Positions 1 to 7,979 of a DNA stretch of 22,233 nt are shown one piece after another (the first letter of the stretch is position 1; each line of letters starts with the position of its first letter). This DNA comes from an uncultured Aquificales bacterium. GTDB lineage: Bacteria; Thermosulfidibacterota; Thermosulfidibacteria; Thermosulfidibacterales; Thermosulfidibacteraceae. The position numbers were made by a program, and so were the translations under genes. The stretch spans positions 1-22,233 of the forward strand of contig CAYPLO010000026.1 in NCBI GenBank assembly GCA_964411615.1. The letters are read 5' to 3'. Below the pieces are notes generated by a model. That model was given only the letters and a program-made list of their open reading frames with translations. It searched no databases and had not been told where the DNA came from.

Positions 1-800
1 CCCAATTCGGTAATAACTTCAGACATTAAACTGCTGAGCCCTCCTATTATATTGTGATCCTCGACCGTAAAGATCAATTTCTTACCTTTAAGAACAGGGT
101 AAAACTCCTCTAGGTCCACAGGCTTTAAAGTTGGGACATTAACAACTCCTACCTCGATTCCCCTCTCTTCTAATCTGTCGGCTACATTAAGAGCTCTATG
201 AACGGTTATTCCCGTTCCGAAGATAGTAATTTCACCGCCATTTTCCTTTAAAACGTCCGGCTTCCCCGGTTTAAACCCATACTCTTCTTTATGAATTCTC
301 GGAACGAGACTCCTCCCCGTTCTCATGTAAACAGGTCCTTTGTATTTCAAAGCCCACCTTAAAGCCGATTCCAGTTCAACATCATCACACGGCGAAATAA
401 CCGTAAAGTTGGGAATGCTCCTGTAGATGGATAAGTCCTCTATTGCCTGATGGGTAGCTCCATCAGGACCTACATCTATTCCAACATGAGAAGCTACGAT
501 CTTAACGTTGAAGTTTCCATAAGCTATGGTGTTTCTAACCTGTTCTATAGCTCTCATTGAGGCGAATACTGCATAGCAACTTACTATGGGAATGATGCCA
601 AGAGTTGAGATACCAGCAGCAACTCCCATCATATTCTGTTCTGCAATACCGCATTGTACGAACCTGTCTGGGTACTTATCTCTGAACCAGTGAGTGCATG
701 TTCCCCCGGCAACATCGGCATCAAGAATCCAGAAGTTTTCAAACTCTTCTGCTAAGCTTAGCAATGCTTTTCCAAAAGCTTCTCTCAAGGAGATTTTCAT
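1..800 (-). CDS. Transketolase, pyrimidine-binding/C-terminal subunit (partial; 3' end runs off the window)
   Basis: Not in the ORF track; translated by hand from the ATG at 800, which overlaps the upstream TGA (ATGA): MKISLREAFGKALLSLAEEFENFWILDADVAGGT...DRFVQCGIAEQNMMGVAAG...VGPDGATHQAIED...VNVPTLKPVD...IFTVEDHNIIGGLSS. GIAEQNM, GxDGxTHQ and TVEDH are transketolase/DXS-family motifs. The frame is open to the window edge. Confidence 0.92.
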   Translation of the reverse strand, partial: MKISLREAFGKALLSLAEEFENFWILDADVAGGTCTHWFRDKYPDRFVQCGIAEQNMMGVAAGISTLGIIPIVSCYAVFASMRAIEQVRNTIAYGNFNVKIVASHVGIDVGPDGATHQAIEDLSIYRSIPNFTVISPCDDVELESALRWALKYKGPVYMRTGRSLVPRIHKEEYGFKPGKPDVLKENGGEITIFGTGITVHRALNVADRLEERGIEVGVVNVPTLKPVDLEEFYPVLKGKKLIFTVEDHNIIGGLSSLMSEVITEL

Positions 801-2338
801 TTCAACAGCCTTTCTAAAATTTCTGCTATTCTACTTGCACCATCTCCAAGTTTCTCAATATCCCTTGACATGCAGAATCTGTAAAATGCCGATATTTCCG
901 GTATCTCATCTTCTCCTCTTGGTATAACTATCACCGGGGTATTAAGGTATATGGCCTCATAACAGGACAGGCCAAGATGAAGTATTGCTATCTGAGCTTT
1001 GGCAAGCTTATGTGCAAAATCATGTGTAAAAGAAGATATAATTTCCACTTTTCCCCATGTATTCAAAACATGCTCCTTGAATTTATCCGACACCCTGACG
1101 ACTACTCCTGATCTCTCGGATTTACATCTATCTATATTTTGAACTTCTTTTCTTATTACAACAAATTCTGGTCCATAAATCATATTTTCTCTTACTTCTC
1201 CTGTATAGTGAGCTGTTGGTATGATTACCAAATCACATTCCTCGGACCCTTCACTTGAGTTATCAATCACTACAGTTTTAGCCCCTCGGGATTTTATATC
1301 TTTTATGATGGATTTGGATAAGTTGATCTTTGAATTAATGTCAAATACCACAATGTTAAAATTACTGATTATATCTGCTTTGTTTATGCTGAGTATATCC
1401 TCTATAATTTCTGCACTAAAGTATCTTTTCTGACATATGGATTTCGCTGCGGCGTCTAAAACAAAGAATCTAACTCCTATTCCCCTATTTGCAAGTTCAT
1501 CTGCTATCTCTAAGGAGCGCATTAGATTTCCAAAGCCAAACTCTCTAACAGCACTGACTATAAAAGCTGCCTTGAAGTTTTTGTCCTTTAGTCCTTTTCT
1601 CTTAACTGATGAGTTTATCCTCATTATTTCTGGTTTTTTCTGAAGTATATTTATGGCATTTCTTAGATTGAAGTTCATTCCATTAGCTTTCAACTCGTTA
1701 TATAACACATTCATGAACTTAAGATCACTTGGAGTATCAACAGATATTCTGTGATTGAGAGAGTAGAATATATCTTCATCCTCTATGAAAGCCGTCTTGA
1801 AGCGTTCAAACTCTTCTGGATATAAGCTCATTACCGGAAACTGATGCTCTCTAAGTTCTGGGGTATCTGACAGTTTATCACATAGTTCCCATACCTCTCT
1901 ACGGGCAACTCCTATCCCTTCGTGTATCACACCTCTTCCGCCTTTAGGACTTATACAGACCCTGCTGTACTCTGGGTTCTCTCTGAGAAACTTTACCAAT
2001 CTGTCTATCGTTTCTGACGACAATAATGGGCAGTCTCCACTTGCGAGGACGCATATATCTGCATTATAGAGTTTTGCCGCGGATGTTAGGCGCCCCACCA
2101 CGTCATTAACATCTCCGGGGTATATGTATAGCTTAACCCCCTCTTCATCACATACCTTTTTTAACCTTTCACTTTCCGGTTCACTGGGAGCACATATGAC
2201 TATATCGTCAAGTTCCCTGCAATCCTTTAGTCTCTTTATCACCCAAGATAGGAGTGTTCTATCCCCTATTCTTCTAAGGTGTTTTTCTGGTAGTCTGCTT
2301 GAAGTCAGTCTCACAGGAACAAATGCTACCGCTCGCAA
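797..2338 (-). CDS. Fusion: SpsF/NeuA/KdsB-like cytidylyltransferase (N-term) + PseG/SpsG-like GT-B domain (C-term)
   Basis: N-term AFVPVRLTSSRLPEKHLRRIG, GDVNDVVGRL, SGDCPLL, ELREH and ISVDTPSD match SpsF-type CTP transferases. C-term FGFGNLMRSLEIADEL, VVIDN, YGPEFVVIRKE and GLSCYEAIYLNTPVIVIP resemble PseG/SpsG. Start moved from 2401 to TTG at 2338, which has AAGGAG 8 nt upstream (513 aa). Confidence 0.8.
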   Translation of the reverse strand: MRAVAFVPVRLTSSRLPEKHLRRIGDRTLLSWVIKRLKDCRELDDIVICAPSEPESERLKKVCDEEGVKLYIYPGDVNDVVGRLTSAAKLYNADICVLASGDCPLLSSETIDRLVKFLRENPEYSRVCISPKGGRGVIHEGIGVARREVWELCDKLSDTPELREHQFPVMSLYPEEFERFKTAFIEDEDIFYSLNHRISVDTPSDLKFMNVLYNELKANGMNFNLRNAINILQKKPEIMRINSSVKRKGLKDKNFKAAFIVSAVREFGFGNLMRSLEIADELANRGIGVRFFVLDAAAKSICQKRYFSAEIIEDILSINKADIISNFNIVVFDINSKINLSKSIIKDIKSRGAKTVVIDNSSEGSEECDLVIIPTAHYTGEVRENMIYGPEFVVIRKEVQNIDRCKSERSGVVVRVSDKFKEHVLNTWGKVEIISSFTHDFAHKLAKAQIAILHLGLSCYEAIYLNTPVIVIPRGEDEIPEISAFYRFCMSRDIEKLGDGASRIAEILERLLK

Positions 2339-3144
2339 TCGTCCAGCTCCTTCAGGGCCATTCTGAGTTCCTCTTCGGATGGAGCTCTGCTTCCATGCCA
2401 CATGGGATTGTCCTCCATGAAGGATACCCCTTTCCCTTTAATGGTATGTGCTATTATACATGTGGGCCTTTTCTTAATCTTTCTGGCGGTGTTAAAGGCG
2501 AAGGCTATTTGATTGAAGTCATGTCCATCTATTTCAATCACATACCACCCGAAGGTCTTCCACTTTTCTGCCAAAGGTTCAAGGCTGGTTATGTTGTCGC
2601 AGTAGTCATCACTCTGCAGTTTGTTGTAATCTATTATGGCCGTTAGATTGTCCAGCTGATGGTGGGCACCAAACATGGCCCCTTCCCATACTTCTCCTTC
2701 GTTGCACTCTCCATCCCCCAACATTATATAAACCCGAAAACTTTTCTTCAATTTCTTGGCGGCAAGGGCAACTCCAAGGGCAAAAGAAAATCCCTGTCCC
2801 AATGAACCCGAAGGCGCTTCTATGCCGGGGATTCCAACTTCTGGATGCCCCTGAAGGAGAGCACCTGTCTTCCTCAGCCTCCAGAGTTCTTCTTCGGGTA
2901 TAAAACCCTTTTCGGACAAGACGGAGTAAAGGGCAGGGCAGGAATGGCCTTTGGAGAGTATAAATCTATCCCTATCTTCGTAGTCTGGAGCAGGTATGTT
3001 CATTTCCTTAAAATAAAGATAAGTAAGAATATCAGCACACGAGAGAGAACCACCTATATGGCCACTACCAGCATGAAAAACAGAAAGTAAAACTTTCTTT
3101 CTTACATTTTTAGCTAAAGCTTCAAGTTCTTTAACACTTCTCAT
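2326..3144 (-). CDS. Transketolase, ThDP-binding N-terminal subunit
   Basis: SGHIGGSLS, DRFILSKGH, LQGHP, GSLGQG, ThDP motif LGDGECNEG...IIDYNKLQ, HTIKGKGVSFME; 272 aa. Confidence 0.95.
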   Translation of the reverse strand: MRSVKELEALAKNVRKKVLLSVFHAGSGHIGGSLSCADILTYLYFKEMNIPAPDYEDRDRFILSKGHSCPALYSVLSEKGFIPEEELWRLRKTGALLQGHPEVGIPGIEAPSGSLGQGFSFALGVALAAKKLKKSFRVYIMLGDGECNEGEVWEGAMFGAHHQLDNLTAIIDYNKLQSDDYCDNITSLEPLAEKWKTFGWYVIEIDGHDFNQIAFAFNTARKIKKRPTCIIAHTIKGKGVSFMEDNPMWHGSRAPSEEELRMALKELDDCER

Positions 3145-3194
3145 CTTGCACTTCTATGTCTGAACTAAAGAACTCTTTTCAGTTTTTACTTGTA

Positions 3195-4217
3195 TCAGGC
3201 ATTAGTATGTCTCCACCTCAGCTGGCCGCAGGCGGCAAGTATGTCGGAGCCTCTGCTCTTTCTTATGAAGGTCAGTATTCCATTATCACGCAGGATGTTT
3301 TGGAAGGCAAGAATCCTATCCTCCGACGGTCTTTCAAAATCACTGCCATCCCAGGGGTTAAAGGGAATGAGGTTCACCTTGCACCTGGAGCCTTTCAAAA
3401 GGTTCGCAAGCTTCAGGGCATCGTCAGCGGAATCGTTGAATCCACCCAAAAGCACATACTCAAAAGTGGGAGGCTTTCTCGTTTTTCTGGAGTGCTGCTT
3501 TAGTAATCCCACCGCTTCTCTCATTGGATGGCGCTTCTCCACAGGCATTATCTTCATCCTCTTTTTTCTGTCCGGCGCATTTAGGGAACAGGATACAACC
3601 ACAGGTGGTCCTTTCTCCAGTAACATCTTCAGCTCTGGCATAATCCCCACTGTTGACAGTGTTATTCTGCGAGGGGACATCCCCATAGCCTGTTTATCGG
3701 TCATTATATTTAGTGCCTTAAGGGTGTTTTCAAAATTGTCAAGGGGCTCTCCCATTCCCATAATCACTATATTTGTGAGTTTGTAAACCTGCTTTTGCAC
3801 AATAATCACCTGGTCAAGTATCTCAGACGGTCTGAGGTTTCGTCTGAAGCCCTGATGTCCGGTTAGACAGAACTTACAGCCCATACGGCATCCTACCTGG
3901 GTTGATATACACAGGGTATTCCTGTCTCTATCGGGTATCAGCACAGACTCAACAAGCTCTTCATCTTCCGTTCTGAACAGATACTTACGGGTCCCATCGG
4001 CAGAGACAACTACATCCACAATGCTGAGGGAGTAGAGGGAAAAGCTGCTGTCGAGTTTCCTCCTGAGGTCCATGGGCAGATTTGTCATCTCATAGAAGGA
4101 GTCCACAGGCCTTTTGTAAAGCCACTGCAACAGCTGTGTGGCCCTGTAACCTTCAAAGCCCATCTCTACAAGCAAGCTCTTTAACTCTTCGGTAGTATAG
4201 TCCTTTAAGTTCATCAT
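3195..4217 (-). CDS. rlmN: Dual-specificity 23S rRNA m2A2503/tRNA m2A37 methyltransferase RlmN (radical SAM)
   Basis: DGTRKYL, LCISTQVGCRMGCKFC (CxxxCxxC), IMGMGEPL, ITLSTVG, VNLIPFN, RGSDILAACGQL; both mechanistic Cys residues are present. Confidence 0.96.
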   Translation of the reverse strand: MMNLKDYTTEELKSLLVEMGFEGYRATQLLQWLYKRPVDSFYEMTNLPMDLRRKLDSSFSLYSLSIVDVVVSADGTRKYLFRTEDEELVESVLIPDRDRNTLCISTQVGCRMGCKFCLTGHQGFRRNLRPSEILDQVIIVQKQVYKLTNIVIMGMGEPLDNFENTLKALNIMTDKQAMGMSPRRITLSTVGIMPELKMLLEKGPPVVVSCSLNAPDRKKRMKIMPVEKRHPMREAVGLLKQHSRKTRKPPTFEYVLLGGFNDSADDALKLANLLKGSRCKVNLIPFNPWDGSDFERPSEDRILAFQNILRDNGILTFIRKSRGSDILAACGQLRWRHTNA

Positions 4218-6280
4218 CCCTCAGGCGGTATGAACTGCGTATAGGGGAGGAACATCTTTAGAGGGTAGTACTGAGTGGCGTTGCTCATGTAATCCAGCCA
4301 TATAGGAAGGGCAGCCCTGGCGCCGGGCTCCCTGTCCCCTATGCTTCTGTGGTCGTCGTAACCAACGTACACACCAGTGGCCAGATTAGGGGTGAACCCG
4401 AAAAACCAGGCATCTCTGTACTCGTTTGTTGTTCCCGTCTTCCCAGCAGCGGGTCTCCCGAGTGACCTGGCCCTTCTGCCGGTTCCCACCTCAACCACTT
4501 TCTTGAGCATGTATAGCATAGTATCCGCCACCCAAGGTTCAAGGACACTTATGCATATGGGTCTTTTGTTCTCCTCAAGGACCTTCCCATCGGGGTCCAC
4601 GACTTTAGTTATGTATATGGGTTTACAAAGCTCACCTCCTCTGGCGAACACCGTATAGGCCCTGAGCAACTCCCAGAGGGTGACTTCAGAGGAACCAAGG
4701 GCTATGGACAGGTCGTGCCTTAATGGAGATGTTATACCCAGACTTCTCGCCACATCTATCACCTTTGAGACCCCTATCATGTCAACAAGCCTGACACTTA
4801 CTGTGTTCCTGGATAAGGCCAGAGCCTTCCATAGAGGGATTGGACCCAAAAAGTCTCCCTCGTAGTTTTTGGGGACCCAATATCTTGCCATGGGGTCATC
4901 GGTGTTGTTACCCCTCGGTTCAGGCAGCTCGTATACAACAGGAGCATCAAGCACCATGGTGAAGGGGGTAAATCCGGACTCCACAGCTGCCGTATAAACT
5001 ATTGGCTTAAAGGAGGAACCGGGCTGCCTCCTGGCCTGATAGGCCCTGTTGAACTTGCTTATGCTGTAATCATACCCTCCCACCATGGCAACAACACCCA
5101 TTGTGTTCAGGTCTATGGAGAGAAGGGCACCGTTCAACCCGGGAGGTTTCCATATATGGGCCACTCCCTTATCCAGCCATACCCTTACCTTAGAGGAGCC
5201 GTCTGGAAGGGTGCCGTTATCCAGCTCAAGGGGATACACCTTTCCGTCCACCTCCACAGCTGTTCCATTGCCGCTTTTCACCACCTTCCCCCACAGGTAA
5301 TCCAGAGGCTGTTTCGGATTTATGCGACCATGCCTTTTCTCTATGTCAATGAGCCCCTTCAGCAGGGCTTCTCTGGCAAAATTCTGAAACCTGTAATCCA
5401 GGGTGGTGTAGACCTTAAGTCCACCCTTCAGCACAACATCCCGGCCGTACTTCTCTATAAGCTTTCTTCTTATAAACTCGTTGAAGTAAGGAGTCAGATT
5501 GACCCTTTTTACCCTTTCTCTTGCAAGGATAATTCCCTCTGATACGGCTATCCTGTATTCTCTCTTGGTTATGAAACCCTCCTCAAGCATCCTTTTCAGG
5601 ACCCAGTTTCTCCTCTTGTAGGCAGCCTCCATATTTATGTATGGCGAATACTTTCCTGGAGCCCTTGGAAGTGCCGCCAGCAGCGCACACTCGGCCAATG
5701 TGAGTTTATTCAAAGGCTTTCCAAAGTAGGTCTGGGCAGCAGCGGCAACTCCGTAAGAGCCATGGCCCAGGTATATCATGTTGAGGTAGAGTTCAAGTAT
5801 CTTATCCTTCGTGAGGGTCTTCTCCAGCTTCATGGCAAGTATCATCTCTTTTATCTTTCTGGATATGGTCTTTTCCGGTGTCAGAAACATGTTCTTAGCC
5901 ACCTGTTGTGTGATAGTGGACCCTCCCTGAACGAACTTTCTGGCTCTTATGTCGGCTATAAGGGCTCTTATTATGCTGGTGATGTCTATCCCCTTGTGCT
6001 GATAGAATCGTGCATCTTCTGCGGCGAGAAAGGCAAGCTTCAGCTTCTTCGGTATCTTATCTATGGGCACGTATATTCTGCGCTGGATGAAAAACTCGCC
6101 TATGAGCTTTCCGTTTCTATCGTACACCTCCGTCACCAAAGGAGGCCTGTAGTGCAGAAGCTCTTCTTTTGATGGCAAGTCAACGGTGTTCCACTTTATC
6201 CAGAGGAAAAGGACCACCCCTATCAGGGTGAGCAGGGAGCCGAGAAATAAGTAAAAAGCAAATTTCAGAAACCTTCTCAT
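4214..6280 (-). CDS. mrcA: Class A penicillin-binding protein, PBP1A family (transglycosylase/transpeptidase)
   Basis: N-terminal TM anchor; transglycosylase motifs EDARFYQHKG, GGSTITQQ, RKIKE, KDKILELYLN; transpeptidase motifs GSSFKP (SxxK), SRN (SxN), KTGT. ATGA overlaps at both ends. Confidence 0.93.
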   Translation of the reverse strand: MRRFLKFAFYLFLGSLLTLIGVVLFLWIKWNTVDLPSKEELLHYRPPLVTEVYDRNGKLIGEFFIQRRIYVPIDKIPKKLKLAFLAAEDARFYQHKGIDITSIIRALIADIRARKFVQGGSTITQQVAKNMFLTPEKTISRKIKEMILAMKLEKTLTKDKILELYLNMIYLGHGSYGVAAAAQTYFGKPLNKLTLAECALLAALPRAPGKYSPYINMEAAYKRRNWVLKRMLEEGFITKREYRIAVSEGIILARERVKRVNLTPYFNEFIRRKLIEKYGRDVVLKGGLKVYTTLDYRFQNFAREALLKGLIDIEKRHGRINPKQPLDYLWGKVVKSGNGTAVEVDGKVYPLELDNGTLPDGSSKVRVWLDKGVAHIWKPPGLNGALLSIDLNTMGVVAMVGGYDYSISKFNRAYQARRQPGSSFKPIVYTAAVESGFTPFTMVLDAPVVYELPEPRGNNTDDPMARYWVPKNYEGDFLGPIPLWKALALSRNTVSVRLVDMIGVSKVIDVARSLGITSPLRHDLSIALGSSEVTLWELLRAYTVFARGGELCKPIYITKVVDPDGKVLEENKRPICISVLEPWVADTMLYMLKKVVEVGTGRRARSLGRPAAGKTGTTNEYRDAWFFGFTPNLATGVYVGYDDHRSIGDREPGARAALPIWLDYMSNATQYYPLKMFLPYTQFIPPEG

Positions 6281-6828
6281 TCGCCCTTGGTCAAGTCGGG
6301 CACCTGCCTGTCAAAGAATACGCTCTTACCCGATATGGAGATGGGTATGGCCATCACAAGGTCCGCATCGGTGTACCCAAGCCTCCTGGCTATAACCGCA
6401 GCCCTGTACATGATGCGTGTGTCAACATTGTGGATAGACGCCGTCTTCACCGCCGAGCCCAGAGCTATACCCAAATCCAGTATTCTGAACATGCAGATAG
6501 GACCCCTGAAATCCTTTAGCTCCCTCACATCCTCAGGAATTATGCACCGTTCAAAGCCACATCCCCCGCAGTTGAGCCCCACAGGCTTCGCATCCTTAAG
6601 CCCCACCAGAAGCATGGCCTGAGAGGCCATAACGCTCTTACCATCCCTCACAAAAAATGGATCGTTCACCTCTTCCCCATAGGCTATCATCTCTTTGGCT
6701 ATCTTCTTGAGCTTCCTGCCGGTTATAACCTCCACCACCACGTAGTTCTCCCCCCTGCTCTTGGGGGCCGTTATGGCAGAAATCCCCATGAGCTCTGCCA
6801 CCTGCTCAGCCAGCCTTTCTAAGTCCAT
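6277..6828 (-). CDS. DUF2148/COG4739-type ferredoxin-domain protein
   Basis: AITAPKSRG, LNCGGCGFERC, GPICMFRILDLGIALGSAVKTASIHNVDTRIMY, IPISISGKSVFFDR; SD GGAGGT upstream. Confidence 0.85.
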   Translation of the reverse strand: MDLERLAEQVAELMGISAITAPKSRGENYVVVEVITGRKLKKIAKEMIAYGEEVNDPFFVRDGKSVMASQAMLLVGLKDAKPVGLNCGGCGFERCIIPEDVRELKDFRGPICMFRILDLGIALGSAVKTASIHNVDTRIMYRAAVIARRLGYTDADLVMAIPISISGKSVFFDRQVPDLTKGE

Positions 6829-7979
6829 GCCTTACCTCCGAACAGCTTTTTTATCTTGTTCCTTATAGTGTTCCTGTGCAGTCCCGTAAGCTGGGCGGCC
6901 TTTATCTTGTTGCCCTTTGTGATGGAGAGGGCCTCTTCAAGGAGAACACGCTCTACAACCTCTATCAACCTCTCGTGCAGGTCCTCCTTAGACCCTATGG
7001 CGTTCCTTATATCCCTCCTGAGGACCTCCACAAAGGTGAATCCCTGGGCACGGGCGTAAAGCTCTGTAGGAAGATGCTCTACGTCAATGGACTCTAAGAA
7101 GCCGTACCTGTCAAGGGTGCCCAACACAACCTCTCTGAGCTCAGAGACATTGCCGCTCCAGCTGTATCCCTTCAGAAGGTCCATGGCCTCATCTGTAAAG
7201 GCAGGTGCGTTTCCACCATTGCTCTTCTCCCAAAGCCGGCGGAAGTGGTCAACGAGGAAGGGTATCTCCTCCCTCCTCTCCCTGAGGGGCTTTATCTCAA
7301 CGGCCCTGCTTGAGATTATATTGTAGATTCCCTCGTGGAGCCTGTCCGAAGCAAAAGCGTATTCAGGGTCGCCACTTAGGATAAAGGCCTTGCAGTGGGA
7401 GACATCCCCGGAGACGATGCCGTTGTAAATCTCCCTCTGTCTGCAAAGGCACATACTATCCAGCAACACCATCTCAAGCTGCGGATTTCTCTTAGCCACA
7501 TAGGCCACCAAGGTCCTTTTGCCCACTCCAGGCTCCCCATACACGAGAAAGGGGACCCCCTCTTCAGCGTAGGCCTCCATCCTCTCAACAGCAGACCTCA
7601 CAGGCAGACTGTAGAGGACAACCTCCTCGGATACGGGCTCAGCAGGGGCCTTCAACCTCTCCACAAGCTCCCTGACCTTTGAAAGCTCAAGGGGCTTCTT
7701 CAGATAGGCTACCGCACCGAGCCTGAGTGCCTTGGAGACGTTGTCTATGGCGGGATTGGCAGTTATCACGACGAAGTTGACATCTCTGAACTCTTTTATA
7801 AGCTCAAATCCGTCTCCATCGGGAAAGTTCCGTGATAAAAAGACCACGTCAAATCTGCTGTTTCTCAGTATGAATCTGGCCTCCTCAAAGGTGGCACACT
7901 CCACAACACCATACCCCTTCAAGCCCCTGTAGAGGAACCATCTGGTTGTGGAGTCTATATCGGCAACAAGTATCTTCAT
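6819..7979 (-). CDS. NtrC-like regulator (receiver, degenerate sigma54 AAA+, Fis HTH), atypical
   Basis: Receiver KILVADID...FDVVFLSRNFPDGDG...VITA...GAVAYLKKP; Walker A GEPGVGK; PLRERREEIP; YSWSGNVSEL; C-terminal HTH GNKIKAAQLTGLHRNTIRNKIKKL. No GAFTGA; phosphoacceptor position is Ser. Confidence 0.85.
   Translation of the reverse strand: MKILVADIDSTTRWFLYRGLKGYGVVECATFEEARFILRNSRFDVVFLSRNFPDGDGFELIKEFRDVNFVVITANPAIDNVSKALRLGAVAYLKKPLELSKVRELVERLKAPAEPVSEEVVLYSLPVRSAVERMEAYAEEGVPFLVYGEPGVGKRTLVAYVAKRNPQLEMVLLDSMCLCRQREIYNGIVSGDVSHCKAFILSGDPEYAFASDRLHEGIYNIISSRAVEIKPLRERREEIPFLVDHFRRLWEKSNGGNAPAFTDEAMDLLKGYSWSGNVSELREVVLGTLDRYGFLESIDVEHLPTELYARAQGFTFVEVLRRDIRNAIGSKEDLHERLIEVVERVLLEEALSITKGNKIKAAQLTGLHRNTIRNKIKKLFGGKAWT

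Noticed and set aside
2339..2401. N-terminal 21-aa extension of the 534-aa ORF
   Set aside because: It lies inside the transketolase gene; family similarity and an SD-led TTG begin at 2338.
3160..3183. Weak hairpin in the rlmN-transketolase spacer as a terminator
   Set aside because: AT-rich, bulged stem with no U tract on the minus strand.
3156..3786. Plus-strand ORFs of 115 and 198 aa, and the many similar short antisense ORFs across the window
   Set aside because: They overlap well-supported genes on the other strand and show no recognisable motifs.
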